NCBI GenBank assembly: GCA_027491735.1
Contig: JAOZGP010000040.1
Span: forward strand, 1 to 22,178
Source of the DNA: Thermoproteota archaeon
Lineage (GTDB): Archaea > Korarchaeota > Korarchaeia > Korarchaeales > Korarchaeaceae
Direction: 5' to 3'
DNA length: 22,178 bases
Positions 8,884-17,371 of this stretch are shown piece by piece (the stretch's first letter is position 1; each line of letters opens with the position of its first letter). The notes under the pieces were generated by a model that was not told the DNA's origin, did no database searches, and saw only the letters and a list, made by a program, of their open reading frames with translations. Both the position numbers and the translations under genes were made by a program.

Positions 8884-9558
8884 TCAGGCGGGATGTCCGC
8901 AGTATTTCCCAGTCCTTATGTACACCACACCCTCAGCGATCATTACGGCGTGATCGGCCATTCTCTCGAGGTACCTAAGTATCAGGGTTATCGCCACAGC
9001 GCAGAGAGGAGACTTCTCCCCCCCACCGACAACTCTCTTGACATAGTTGTCGTAGGATCTGTCCACCAGATCATCCATTTCTATGACCCTCTTGGCCATA
9101 TCTACGTCCATGTCCTCCATGGCTTTGAGAGCTAGGGAGACCATCTCCTTGGTTATCTCCCAGGTTCTGAGGGCGATCCCAAGGGCACAGCTCTCTATGC
9201 TTCCAAAACTCTCTATAACCTCCGAGATGTCCTCCGAGTACCTCCCCAATCTGACCAAGCCGTAGGACACCTCTAGAATGGATGCTATAGTCCTCAGGTC
9301 TGATGCCATCGGCTGGAACCTGGCGATCAGAGCTATTGCCTCCCTCCTTATCTCCTCATGCCTCTTTATGAGCTCCCTTGACAGGTGCTTCACCTCATCC
9401 ATAGAGCTTTTTGGATCCTCCTTCCCAGCGAATGAGGCCAAACAGTGATTAGCAGCCTCTAAAGCCAGCTCACTGGCTGAATAAAGCCTACAGAGGAGCT
9501 TCTTAATCTCCTGCCTAAGGAGACTGGCTGTCATGAGATCATCCTCTTGGCGAATCAC
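8884..9558 (-). CDS. phoU: Phosphate uptake regulator PhoU family protein
   Basis: IARFQPMASDLR, RLGRY..DI, MDDLVD and RYLERMADHA motifs. Confidence 0.92.
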   Translation of the reverse strand: MIRQEDDLMTASLLRQEIKKLLCRLYSASELALEAANHCLASFAGKEDPKSSMDEVKHLSRELIKRHEEIRREAIALIARFQPMASDLRTIASILEVSYGLVRLGRYSEDISEVIESFGSIESCALGIALRTWEITKEMVSLALKAMEDMDVDMAKRVIEMDDLVDRSYDNYVKRVVGGGEKSPLCAVAITLILRYLERMADHAVMIAEGVVYIRTGKYCGHPA

Positions 9559-9595
9559 CTCAACAGGCGAACTTCAAGCTTAAGAATATTTAGGG

Positions 9596-9775
9596 GTTCG
9601 GGGGACATCATCACTCGTAGACGAACATCTCCTGGGCATCATCTCCTTTAGATCCGCCCCTCTCGGGGAACCCAAGGCGCCCACATCCGAAGATTGAGGG
9701 CTGCGGGTTGATCGTCGACAGGGACGAAGCTGCAGCCCTCACAACGCATGAGTCTGCCCTCCAGGCCACCACTTC
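9596..9775 (-). mobile_element. tnpB: Degenerate tnpB 3' end / IS200-IS605(IS607)-type right-end remnant
   Basis: The minus strand reads GRLMRCEGCSFVPVDDQPAALNLRMWAPWVPREGRI* (stop at 9648). This resembles the TnpB zinc-ribbon CxxC and the DRDxxAxxN+QMWG tail, with the RuvC-III motif decayed. Confidence 0.6.
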
Positions 9776-9840
9776 GAGACCTGGAGAGCACCCCTGCGTA
9801 GCTCACCACAACCCGTTCCTCGCCCAGACCGAGTATTCTC

Positions 9841-9990
9841 TCATCTCCGGCTCTGGAACCCCCTCTTGCTCACCTCGAGGAGGAGATTCTTGCTTCTAGC
9901 TATCTCCCAGACCTCATACCCTTTCTCCACCAACTTTTCAGATGTCCTCCTTTCTATCCCCCTACTAGCCCCAGAGATGGCTACTTTCAT
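9841..9990 (-). pseudogene. N-terminal remnant of a short-chain dehydrogenase/reductase (SDR)
   Basis: MKVAISGASRGIERRTSEKLVEKGYEVWEIARS is a Rossmann TGxxxGxG motif with the last Gly changed to Glu. It stops after 49 aa. A shifted frame continues with VVVSYAGV (NNAG-like). Confidence 0.75.
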
Positions 9991-9994
9991 CTCA

Positions 9995-11191
9995 TCAGAC
10001 ACCTTTCTGTGGGTTCAACAGGTTGAAGAACCACCTCAGAACCTCTAGGGATATGATCCCGTAGGCTTTGCTGAGTGCTCTCGCCTCTATCTCTGATACG
10101 TACTCCTCAGTAAACTCTGGGCTCAGTGAGATGAGGGAGTCGACCATATCTATGGTGAAGGGAAGACCTGTGGTCTTGTTGAAGAAATTCTTCTGACCAA
10201 GCCAGAGTTTAAGTCTGTCGATCGGTATCGAGGAGGGGTACTCCACTTCGCAGGTGGGGGCCTCGGGAAACTTCCTCACCTGAAGCCTTCTCAGCTTTTT
10301 AACCAAACTCTCGTCCATCCCCAGAACTCTATAAGGTTCGTAGGCCCTCTCTCTAGCTACTTCAAGAGGAGTTTCAGGCCATATCCCTCTGTGGGCCATA
10401 TAGGCCAGCTGAGTGTACACGTAGACAGGATCGTCTCCTGTTATCCTCTCATATCTCAGGATCGTGTTCGACGGCATGATCATAGAGAGAAGAAGCTTGT
10501 CTATTATCGTCACAGGACTGTCGATCCTCCCCACGAGATCTTTGTTCCTCAGAGCTAGCCACCCTCCGATGGCCCTTGTGTGGCTCCTCTTTATCACTCC
10601 CATGACCCTCTCGCTCTCCACCAGCCTGTTAGTCAGCTGACACGTCTCCTCAAATAGAGTCCCCTCCCTCTCTCCAAAGAACCCCTGCTTTCTCATCCTC
10701 AGAGCTGAATAGATGAAACCATAGAAGCTCCCGTCTATCATCAGAAAACCGTCTTCCAGTCGGTTGAGCACCTCAACAGCAGCCTTTCTTTCAGCATAGA
10801 TTGATAGGAGGTTGAAGAAGTACTTGCTGACCTCTTGCGAGAACGCCTGCTTTCTCTTGAACTGACCAGCTTCGTAACCCTCATATATCCTCTTCATGCC
10901 CTCCAGGATCACAACTCCAACGGAGAAGACGCCGTACCTAACCCCAAGCCTCTCGCTCAATCTAGGAGATCTGGAGCCATCGATTGCAGCAACCCGGAAC
11001 ACCCGGTCGTGCTCGCTAAGATCCTCCACGAGGGGAACTATTTTCCTCTTTAGCTCTAAAACGGTTCTTTGAAGCCTCTCCACAACATTAACTATCCTAC
11101 CAGCCTCCTTCTCTGCTTCTTCGAAGAACTTATACTGAAGGTCATGTGGTAGCTTCAGCCACTCCACCTCGTCATCGGCTCCGCTCATCAC
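9995..11191 (-). CDS. nurA: NurA-family 5'-3' nuclease
   Basis: RVAAIDGS, FLMIDGS, GVIKRS and C-terminal GLPF..D..D motifs. Translationally coupled to herA. Confidence 0.85.
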   Translation of the reverse strand: MMSGADDEVEWLKLPHDLQYKFFEEAEKEAGRIVNVVERLQRTVLELKRKIVPLVEDLSEHDRVFRVAAIDGSRSPRLSERLGVRYGVFSVGVVILEGMKRIYEGYEAGQFKRKQAFSQEVSKYFFNLLSIYAERKAAVEVLNRLEDGFLMIDGSFYGFIYSALRMRKQGFFGEREGTLFEETCQLTNRLVESERVMGVIKRSHTRAIGGWLALRNKDLVGRIDSPVTIIDKLLLSMIMPSNTILRYERITGDDPVYVYTQLAYMAHRGIWPETPLEVARERAYEPYRVLGMDESLVKKLRRLQVRKFPEAPTCEVEYPSSIPIDRLKLWLGQKNFFNKTTGLPFTIDMVDSLISLSPEFTEEYVSEIEARALSKAYGIISLEVLRWFFNLLNPQKGV

Positions 11192-11709
11192 TACACCTCA
11201 AATGTTATCAGGAGAGGTATCGGGCTTGGGTTCATGACGCCGGCGAAGTAGAACCTTCCATCCTCAAGGTTGAGAAGGTATTCCGGAGTTATTCCATAAG
11301 GACCGAGCCACTCCTTTGCACCTCCCTCTCCGGCGGCGTCCAGAGGATGTAACCTCCCATAGAAATTGGTGTTAAGGTTTCTCCTCACAGCAGCGTTCAC
11401 TCCTATCTCTCCAGAGATTCCTTGAGCTATGAGCGTCAGGTTCAGGTTGTGCTTTCTACCCAGAGCGGCCAAGTTCTTTACAGCGTTTGTGACCTCAATC
11501 TGAAGTCCCTCCGGTCGAAACGGTGTGTACTGGGGGGCCTCGTCTATTATCAGGACCATGCTCAGGTCATGTCCCGAGCTCATCCTGTCCATGAGCTCCT
11601 TGGTCAACGTTATAAAGAAGCTCAGCTTGGCGTTGCTCGAGAACTCGGACATATCCACCACGGTGACTCTTGGTCCATTCAGCAGAGAGGAGATTCTTCT
11701 TGTTCCCAT
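11191..11709 (-). CDS. herA: HerA-like ATPase, C-terminal part (after frameshift)
   Basis: VTVVDMS, Walker B LIIDEAPQY and arginine-finger region LGRKHNLNLTLIAQ. Confidence 0.82.
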   Translation of the reverse strand: MGTRRISSLLNGPRVTVVDMSEFSSNAKLSFFITLTKELMDRMSSGHDLSMVLIIDEAPQYTPFRPEGLQIEVTNAVKNLAALGRKHNLNLTLIAQGISGEIGVNAAVRRNLNTNFYGRLHPLDAAGEGGAKEWLGPYGITPEYLLNLEDGRFYFAGVMNPSPIPLLITFEV

Positions 11710-12638
11710 GACCTGGCGGAGGTGATGGGTTTCAGCTTCCTGAAGATCCTATCGGAGGCCCTCTCGGCATTGGACCTCCATCTCTTATCTACCTGATCGA
11801 TGTACTGGCGTATATACCTCTGGATCTCCTCGTAGAGCTCATCGCACGTGTGCACTCGGTTGAGCAGATCATGCCAGGAGCATACCAGCTGATCAAAGAC
11901 GTCCTGCATGGAAGCGTTCCCCGCGAACTTGTCCGTTATTCCGCTCAAGTACTTCAGGATGGATATCTCGTCCTGAGCCACCTCTGAGATTGGGACGACA
12001 TCCTCATAGTACGGGACGTAATCACTCCCGCTCCAGTCCAGCACTAGAACCCTCAGCCCACATCTTATGTAGAACGGAATGAGAACATACCTCGTGAACC
12101 AGGACTTCCCCGTGCCAGTTGCTCCGAAGACTCCCACATGATAGGGCACGTAAAACTTATCCGCTGGAACCCTCCAGGTCGGATGCCCGTCCAGATGGGC
12201 ATCTAGCCACTCCAGCTGCTTTGCTGATGGAGCTATATATCTTTCGAGAGGATTCTCATCGTCGTCGAACAGGTAGACAGGGGACCTCGGGGCTATTATT
12301 TTCCTGTTTGGTCTTATCCTTATAGCACCTTCTCTCTCCTCCACTTCTCCTATCAGGGATATCTGAAAGGAGAAGACCTCCCTCGAGCTTGAAGGCTCCC
12401 CTCCATACTTCATGTAGGCTATGTCCGGTCTGTATCTGGAGAGGTTAAGCAGCTCGTTCCTACCCAAACCCCTCCTCAATACCCCTACGACCTTACCGAT
12501 CTTTCCTCCTTCTCCCCCGTTCTCTATCAGAACGAGACTTTCTGAGGAGACCTCAGACTCCATGTCCTTGAGCAACACAGCGGTCGCTGATGTATCCGTT
12601 GCTCCGTCGGCAATCCTACCTATCAACCTCAAGTCCAT
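11679..12638 (-). CDS. herA: HerA-like ATPase, N-terminal part (HAS barrel + Walker A), frameshifted
   Basis: IGRI N-terminus, PRSPVY, Walker A HVGVFGATGTGKS and VLVLDWSG. Start revised to ATG at 12638, with TATA-like TTTTTATC about 30 nt upstream. Joins 11191-11709 via a -1 shift. Confidence 0.82.
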   Translation of the reverse strand: MDLRLIGRIADGATDTSATAVLLKDMESEVSSESLVLIENGGEGGKIGKVVGVLRRGLGRNELLNLSRYRPDIAYMKYGGEPSSSREVFSFQISLIGEVEEREGAIRIRPNRKIIAPRSPVYLFDDDENPLERYIAPSAKQLEWLDAHLDGHPTWRVPADKFYVPYHVGVFGATGTGKSWFTRYVLIPFYIRCGLRVLVLDWSGSDYVPYYEDVVPISEVAQDEISILKYLSGITDKFAGNASMQDVFDQLVCSWHDLLNRVHTCDELYEEIQRYIRQYIDQVDKRWRSNAERASDRIFRKLKPITSARSWEQEESPLC

Positions 12639-12808
12639 CCCCAAAACACCGGTATGCGAAGAGATAAAAACATGAGATGTGATCTCGCACCCTACGATCA
12701 CGACAGACGTGGATCATTACTACGGATCGTGCTCCACGGCAGTTCGATTATCTCGTGATCCCACTCTTCTATCTTACAGGACAAGTCCCGGCCTTTGTAG
12801 GAGATGGA

Positions 12809-13366
12809 TCATCTCTCGATCCTTCGGATCTTCATCACGTCAGCTCTCGTTATTATCCCGATGACTTCTCCCTTCCTGCTTACAATCAAAGACGGGAATC
12901 TCTCCAGCATGGGGAGCACCAGGTTCACGGAGGTGTTCTCCCCTATCATCGGGGGAGGATCCGACATGACGTCGCCTATCCTCCGCCTGAGGAATCCCTT
13001 CGGATCTGAGCTCACGATCCTCACTAGATCCCTCTCTGTGAAGTTTCCAACAAGTCTCTCACCTTGGAGGACGGGTACTTGGCTTATTCCATACTTCTCA
13101 AAGAGCTCTACTGCTCTCTCGACCCGATCATCAGACTTCACTGATATTACAGGAGAGGTCATTATGTCGGATGCTCTGCCACCGGATCTCATCAGATTGA
13201 AAAGGGCCTCAGAGATCGCTCTAAGTTTCGAGTAAGACGGATCGACTTGACCATTCTCAATTTTTGCTATGAAGGATTGACTGACTCCAGACAGCCGAGC
13301 AAGCTTTCTTTGCGTTATGCCAAGGTTGAGCCTGATCCTCCTTATATCCTCCGGCTCTATTATCAT
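12809..13366 (-). CDS. XRE-HTH + CBS-pair transcriptional regulator (COG3620-like)
   Basis: HTH (ITQRKLARLSGVSQSFIAKIENGQVDP) followed by two CBS domains (ISQVPV, GIITRADV). Confidence 0.93.
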   Translation of the reverse strand: MIIEPEDIRRIRLNLGITQRKLARLSGVSQSFIAKIENGQVDPSYSKLRAISEALFNLMRSGGRASDIMTSPVISVKSDDRVERAVELFEKYGISQVPVLQGERLVGNFTERDLVRIVSSDPKGFLRRRIGDVMSDPPPMIGENTSVNLVLPMLERFPSLIVSRKGEVIGIITRADVMKIRRIER

Positions 13367-13387
13367 CAGGTCCCTACCTCACTCCTT

Positions 13388-13430
13388 CTATATATTCCTT
13401 TTGGAATCAGATAATAGCAAGGATTTTATT
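13388..13430. promoter_or_regulatory. Divergent promoter region with ATTCC-N4-GGAAT palindrome
   Basis: TATA-like TATATA (13389-13394) for the regulator and TTTTATT (13424-13430) for the met operon. The palindrome is at 13394-13407. Confidence 0.5.
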
Positions 13431-13450
13431 CCGATAATACGGCTTGTGGT

Positions 13451-14335
13451 ATGCGTTTGACACTTGTCGGGATACATTCCAGGCCTGATTATCTGATAAA
13501 GGCTTCTAGAGACTTAGATAGGGGAAGAGTTGGTGAGAAGGAGTTTCTGAACCTTCTAAGAATATCTGAAAGTGAGATAATTGAACTTCAGAGTTCTCTA
13601 GGTTTTGAACCGGTCATAGACGGAATGTTCAGGTGGCAGGACATATTCAGACCGCTGACCAGAACGATATCGGGATTGTCAGCTGGTCCACTGAGCAGGT
13701 TCTTCGACAACAACACCTTCTTCAGAAGGCCGGTAGTCGGCTCCAAGTTGGAATATGTTGGTGGAATGGAAGATTACTTCAGGGGTGAGAAGCTCATCCT
13801 CCCAGGACCGTATACATTTCTGAGATCTTGTGAGGACAGGAACTACAGGTCGAAGAGAGAGCTCATCAAGGACTACGTTCATTGCCTTGAGGAGATCACT
13901 GATGATCTAAAGCCCACCGAGGTCCAGATAAATGAGCCCTGGTTGGTCTACAAGTACAGAAGGACGAATCCCGATGATGAGGATCTCCGTGCGGTCGCTG
14001 AGTGCTCGGAAACCCTCCGTGCATCGATACACCTGTACTTCGGTGATTGTTCATCAGTCGCTGAATCCCTCTCCAGGCTGGGGGTGAAAGTCATAGGTGT
14101 AGATCTGATCGAAACACAACCGGAGGGCCTGAAAGGAATCGATTCAGACCTCATCCTCGGAATTGTGGACTCAAGGAACACGCTTATGGAGAATGAAAAA
14201 TCCCTTTTGGAGCTGATAGAGCCATTTGAAGGAGTTTACGCCATCTCCCCAAACTGTGATCTCGAATTTCTCCCCTACAATCGTGCTTTGCGTAAGATGG
14301 AGCTTCTATCACGATTAAGAGGTGAGGTCTCATGA
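13451..14335 (+). CDS. Split cobalamin-independent methionine synthase, N-terminal-like (folate-binding) subunit
   Basis: DGMFRWQD, RFFDNNTFFRRP, LPGPYT, QINEP, GIVDSRNT and SPNCDL match the MetE N-terminal barrel. ATGA overlap with the next gene. Confidence 0.85.
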   Translation: MRLTLVGIHSRPDYLIKASRDLDRGRVGEKEFLNLLRISESEIIELQSSLGFEPVIDGMFRWQDIFRPLTRTISGLSAGPLSRFFDNNTFFRRPVVGSKLEYVGGMEDYFRGEKLILPGPYTFLRSCEDRNYRSKRELIKDYVHCLEEITDDLKPTEVQINEPWLVYKYRRTNPDDEDLRAVAECSETLRASIHLYFGDCSSVAESLSRLGVKVIGVDLIETQPEGLKGIDSDLILGIVDSRNTLMENEKSLLELIEPFEGVYAISPNCDLEFLPYNRALRKMELLSRLRGEVS

Positions 14336-15414
14336 TCACACAGGAGATAGGGAGCCTCGCCAAACCCAATTGGAGGGTCAAGTTTATTCGAGGGGAGAGC
14401 CTCTTAGAGAGTGATCTGGGAGAACTGAGATACTGGGATGAGGTGCTGGGACTTAAGTTTGACTTAAGCCTCCTCAAGAAGAGAGGAGAGGGGAGTATAA
14501 GGAAAGCAGTTGAACACTCAGCTCTGCAGGCTATAAGGCTTCTGGAGAAGGCTGGACTCGATGTTGTGTTTGACGGTGAACAGTTCAGGACGGAGATGTA
14601 TGAGTACCCCTTGAAGCATGTTAAGGGGTTCGAGTTCGTCGGACTTGTCAGAAGCTTCGACAACAAGTACTACAGAAAGGCGGCCTGCGTCAACGTCCCG
14701 GAGTTGAGAGAACCGTATCATCTCGAGGAGTTTCTGTTCGTCAAGAGGCACACCAGGAGAAAGATCAAGATCCCAATAACGGGACCATATACGCTGGCCG
14801 AGTGGTCCTTCAACGAGTATTACGTCGAGAAGCATGGAAGGGGATATGATGCCAAGCGCGAGTTCGTTCTGGATATAGCTAAGAACGTGATCAGGCCCAA
14901 TCTCGAGACCTTGATAGAGGAAGGTGCAGAGATCATACAGATAGATGAGCCTGCCCTGACCACGAAGCCGGATGAAATCCCCATATTCGTTGAGGCCTTC
15001 AATGACATGATCTCTGGACTTGAGTGCAAGTTCAATGTACACATATGTTACAGCGATTACTCCGTGCTGTTCCCCGACATACTGGAGTTGAAAAACTGCA
15101 ACCAGCTGGCCCTGGAGTTTGCGAACAGAGATGATGAGAGGAGAAGCGGTTATGATCTCCTTAAAACCCTCAGGGATTATTCCTATGAATGGGAACTTGG
15201 TTTGGGTGTTGTGGATGTACATACTGATTTCATAGAGCCACCGGAACTCATCAGAGACAGGATATTGTATGCCACTAAGTTCTTGGATCCGAGGAAGATC
15301 GTTGTGAACCCGGACTGTGGCCTCAGAACTAGAACATGGGATGTGGCGTTTGCTAAGCTCAGGAACATGGTCAAAGGAACCAGGATGGCTGAGGAGGTGT
15401 TGAGGTTTGCTTGA
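14332..15414 (+). CDS. metE: Cobalamin-independent methionine synthase, catalytic Zn-binding subunit
   Basis: DGEQFR, ITGPYT, IQIDEPAL, Zn ligands HICY / E / NPDCGL, and GVVDVH. Confidence 0.93.
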   Translation: MITQEIGSLAKPNWRVKFIRGESLLESDLGELRYWDEVLGLKFDLSLLKKRGEGSIRKAVEHSALQAIRLLEKAGLDVVFDGEQFRTEMYEYPLKHVKGFEFVGLVRSFDNKYYRKAACVNVPELREPYHLEEFLFVKRHTRRKIKIPITGPYTLAEWSFNEYYVEKHGRGYDAKREFVLDIAKNVIRPNLETLIEEGAEIIQIDEPALTTKPDEIPIFVEAFNDMISGLECKFNVHICYSDYSVLFPDILELKNCNQLALEFANRDDERRSGYDLLKTLRDYSYEWELGLGVVDVHTDFIEPPELIRDRILYATKFLDPRKIVVNPDCGLRTRTWDVAFAKLRNMVKGTRMAEEVLRFA

Positions 15415-16252
15415 GAAGGTCCTTGATGAGAGAAAGGTGGTCACAGTAGAGGTCATTCCTCCAAAGGGACCAAATCTTCTTGAGTTTCTGAATAAGATAT
15501 CCAACTATAGGACCGTTTTCGATGGATTCAACGTGCCAGAGCTTGTCATGAGAAGGGACAGCGATGCATGGATCAATACCTTCTATGTGGCTGTGAGGAT
15601 GAGGGAGAGGGGAGTTTTGGCCATTCCTCACATAACCTGTAGGGAGCACACGAGGAGGAGCGCTGTATCCCATGTGTTGATGGGAATCAGCGGAGGGGTG
15701 GACGACGTCCTGGTCGTCAGGGGGGACAGCCTGGGCACCCACTCCAGAGAGGTGTTCGAGCTCGACACCATTGGGATGATAGATCTCGTGATCTCGACCT
15801 ACCTCAGGTTCTCCGGTAGGAGACCCACAGTCCTTGTGGCTGCTGATCCTAACACTCCTAACCTGGACGATGAGATAAGTAGAACTCTCAAAAAAATTGA
15901 GGCTGGTGGAAAGATCGTTCAGACTCAGCCTGTGTTCGATCTGAACAGGTTTGAAAAGTTCCTGAAGGAAGTTAAAGGAGAACATCCAGAAGTTAGGGTG
16001 TTGGGCGGAGTTCTTCTGCTCGTCAGTTCGAGAACAGTCGAGAGACTTAAAAGAACTGTGGGCCTACCGATTCCGGAGAAGATCGCCGTCAGGTTAAGCT
16101 CGAGTGAGGATCCTGTCTCAGAGGGCATTCATATCGCCAAGGATCTCGGCTCATCGATAATCGATATCTGCGATGGAGTTCATGTGTTCTCCATGGGCAG
16201 GCTTGAAGCCGCTGCTGAGGTGGCTGAGGGGATCAGAGGTCTATCTCGGTAA
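15407..16252 (+). CDS. metF: Methylenetetrahydrofolate reductase (MetF-like)
   Basis: VTVEVIPPKG, IPHITCR, VRGD, KKIEAGG..VQTQPVFD and GVHVF. Overlaps the metE stop. Confidence 0.88.
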   Translation: MLEKVLDERKVVTVEVIPPKGPNLLEFLNKISNYRTVFDGFNVPELVMRRDSDAWINTFYVAVRMRERGVLAIPHITCREHTRRSAVSHVLMGISGGVDDVLVVRGDSLGTHSREVFELDTIGMIDLVISTYLRFSGRRPTVLVAADPNTPNLDDEISRTLKKIEAGGKIVQTQPVFDLNRFEKFLKEVKGEHPEVRVLGGVLLLVSSRTVERLKRTVGLPIPEKIAVRLSSSEDPVSEGIHIAKDLGSSIIDICDGVHVFSMGRLEAAAEVAEGIRGLSR

Positions 16253-16369
16253 GGATGAATCGCCGTACCACCTTCTGCTTACCCTGAATCTGTAGTACCT
16301 TCTCCTTTTGCCCTCACATACGGATCCGGCCACCATCTCTCCGAGCTTTATGGGATCATACCCGGACAA
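16241..16369 (-). pseudogene. N-terminal remnant of a COG5014-type radical SAM protein
   Basis: TTG at 16369 gives MSGYDPIKLGEMVAGSVCEGKRRRYYRFRVSRRWYG, then unrelated DSSLPR*. The YDP...RxYYRFR...WYG(G) N-terminus normally precedes a CxxxCxxC motif, which is absent here. Confidence 0.65.
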
Positions 16370-16373
16370 GTCC

Positions 16374-17225
16374 TCACCTGTACATCAGGACGATGTCGCC
16401 CATCCTCAGGCCGAGGGAGTTGGCTACCACGGGGCACTTGACCATGAGCAGGTAGAATATCCCCCGAAACTCGCTCAAGCTTTCATAGTTCCCTTGACCT
16501 TTAGATATAACCAAATCATGCTCCCTTATCCATCCGAGAACCTCTTCGGAGTTCCTCTTAGGACCCGTCCCCGGTTCTCCGTTGCTAACTGTCCTGAAGC
16601 TCACCCCTGGAAGTTCATCAAGCCCCACATGCCTCACGTCCTCCATGGTGGCGTCGTTTATCATGGGCCCTCCCTTTACGACAAATGTGACCTCGAGATT
16701 CCTTCGTTCCAGGAGAACCTCCAGGAGCAGTTTGTCAAACGCTATCTCTCCTGCATTGTCAGCGAAGTACAGAAGAGATGACGCCTCATCAAGTCTTCTC
16801 CTCAGGAGATCGTAGTGGTCTACTGTGAGCTCAGATCTCAGAACCATGTCCAACGTCTCCTCGAGGTCGTATGAGGAGAGAGCTCCGAAATCCATTATGT
16901 TTCCAGCTATCGCCATCTTGACAGCGGCCTTCAAAGGATCCTTGCTCTTCTCTATGATCTCTCTGCAACAGGAGAGTAGCGACATCGCGTGGTCGTTGCT
17001 CTTTCTCTTGACCTCAGCGTAGGGATCTCCTCCTGCGAACTTCCTTATGATCCTCTGCACCCCGTAATCTAACTCGGGAGGTGTGACGTTCCAGTCGACG
17101 GACAGGAGGAACCTCATCACCTCTCTGAGAGCCTCCTTTACGACTGACTCATCCGCTGAGATGAACCTCAAGGCCTGAACAGTCTGCCTCTGGAGACATG
17201 GTATGCACTCAGCCCTCAGCTTCAT
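16374..17225 (-). CDS. DUF89/ARMT1-like damage-control metal-dependent phosphatase
   Basis: ECIPC N-terminus, DPY..K, AIAGNIMD, DNAGE..FD, INDAT and SKGQGNYE. Start revised to ATG at 17225. Confidence 0.93.
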   Translation of the reverse strand: MKLRAECIPCLQRQTVQALRFISADESVVKEALREVMRFLLSVDWNVTPPELDYGVQRIIRKFAGGDPYAEVKRKSNDHAMSLLSCCREIIEKSKDPLKAAVKMAIAGNIMDFGALSSYDLEETLDMVLRSELTVDHYDLLRRRLDEASSLLYFADNAGEIAFDKLLLEVLLERRNLEVTFVVKGGPMINDATMEDVRHVGLDELPGVSFRTVSNGEPGTGPKRNSEEVLGWIREHDLVISKGQGNYESLSEFRGIFYLLMVKCPVVANSLGLRMGDIVLMYR

Positions 17226-17371
17226 AGGAGAAGGATGGTGATTGTGATAATAACGATTACGCTCACGGTGCGAGGAACACTGGATGATCAATGGCATGCC
17301 GATGGACCATCGGCATCAGGGCACAGTCCGTCGCCGAGAAGTTAATATTGAAGATCGAGCCTGCTTCATTT

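Noticed and set aside
12695-12805. Short open frame SISYKGRDLSCKIEEWDHEIIELPW... upstream of herA
   Set aside because: It looks protein-like, but it is too short and no family was recognised.
14518-15504. 328-aa antisense ORF (and 15371-15985, 14184-14666)
   Set aside because: These are shadow ORFs opposite well-supported metE/metF genes and have no recognisable motifs.
17226-17371. Overlapping N-terminal extensions of the DUF89 and radical SAM ORFs
   Set aside because: Family-like sequence begins at 17225 and about 17372. The gap is better read as a divergent promoter region.
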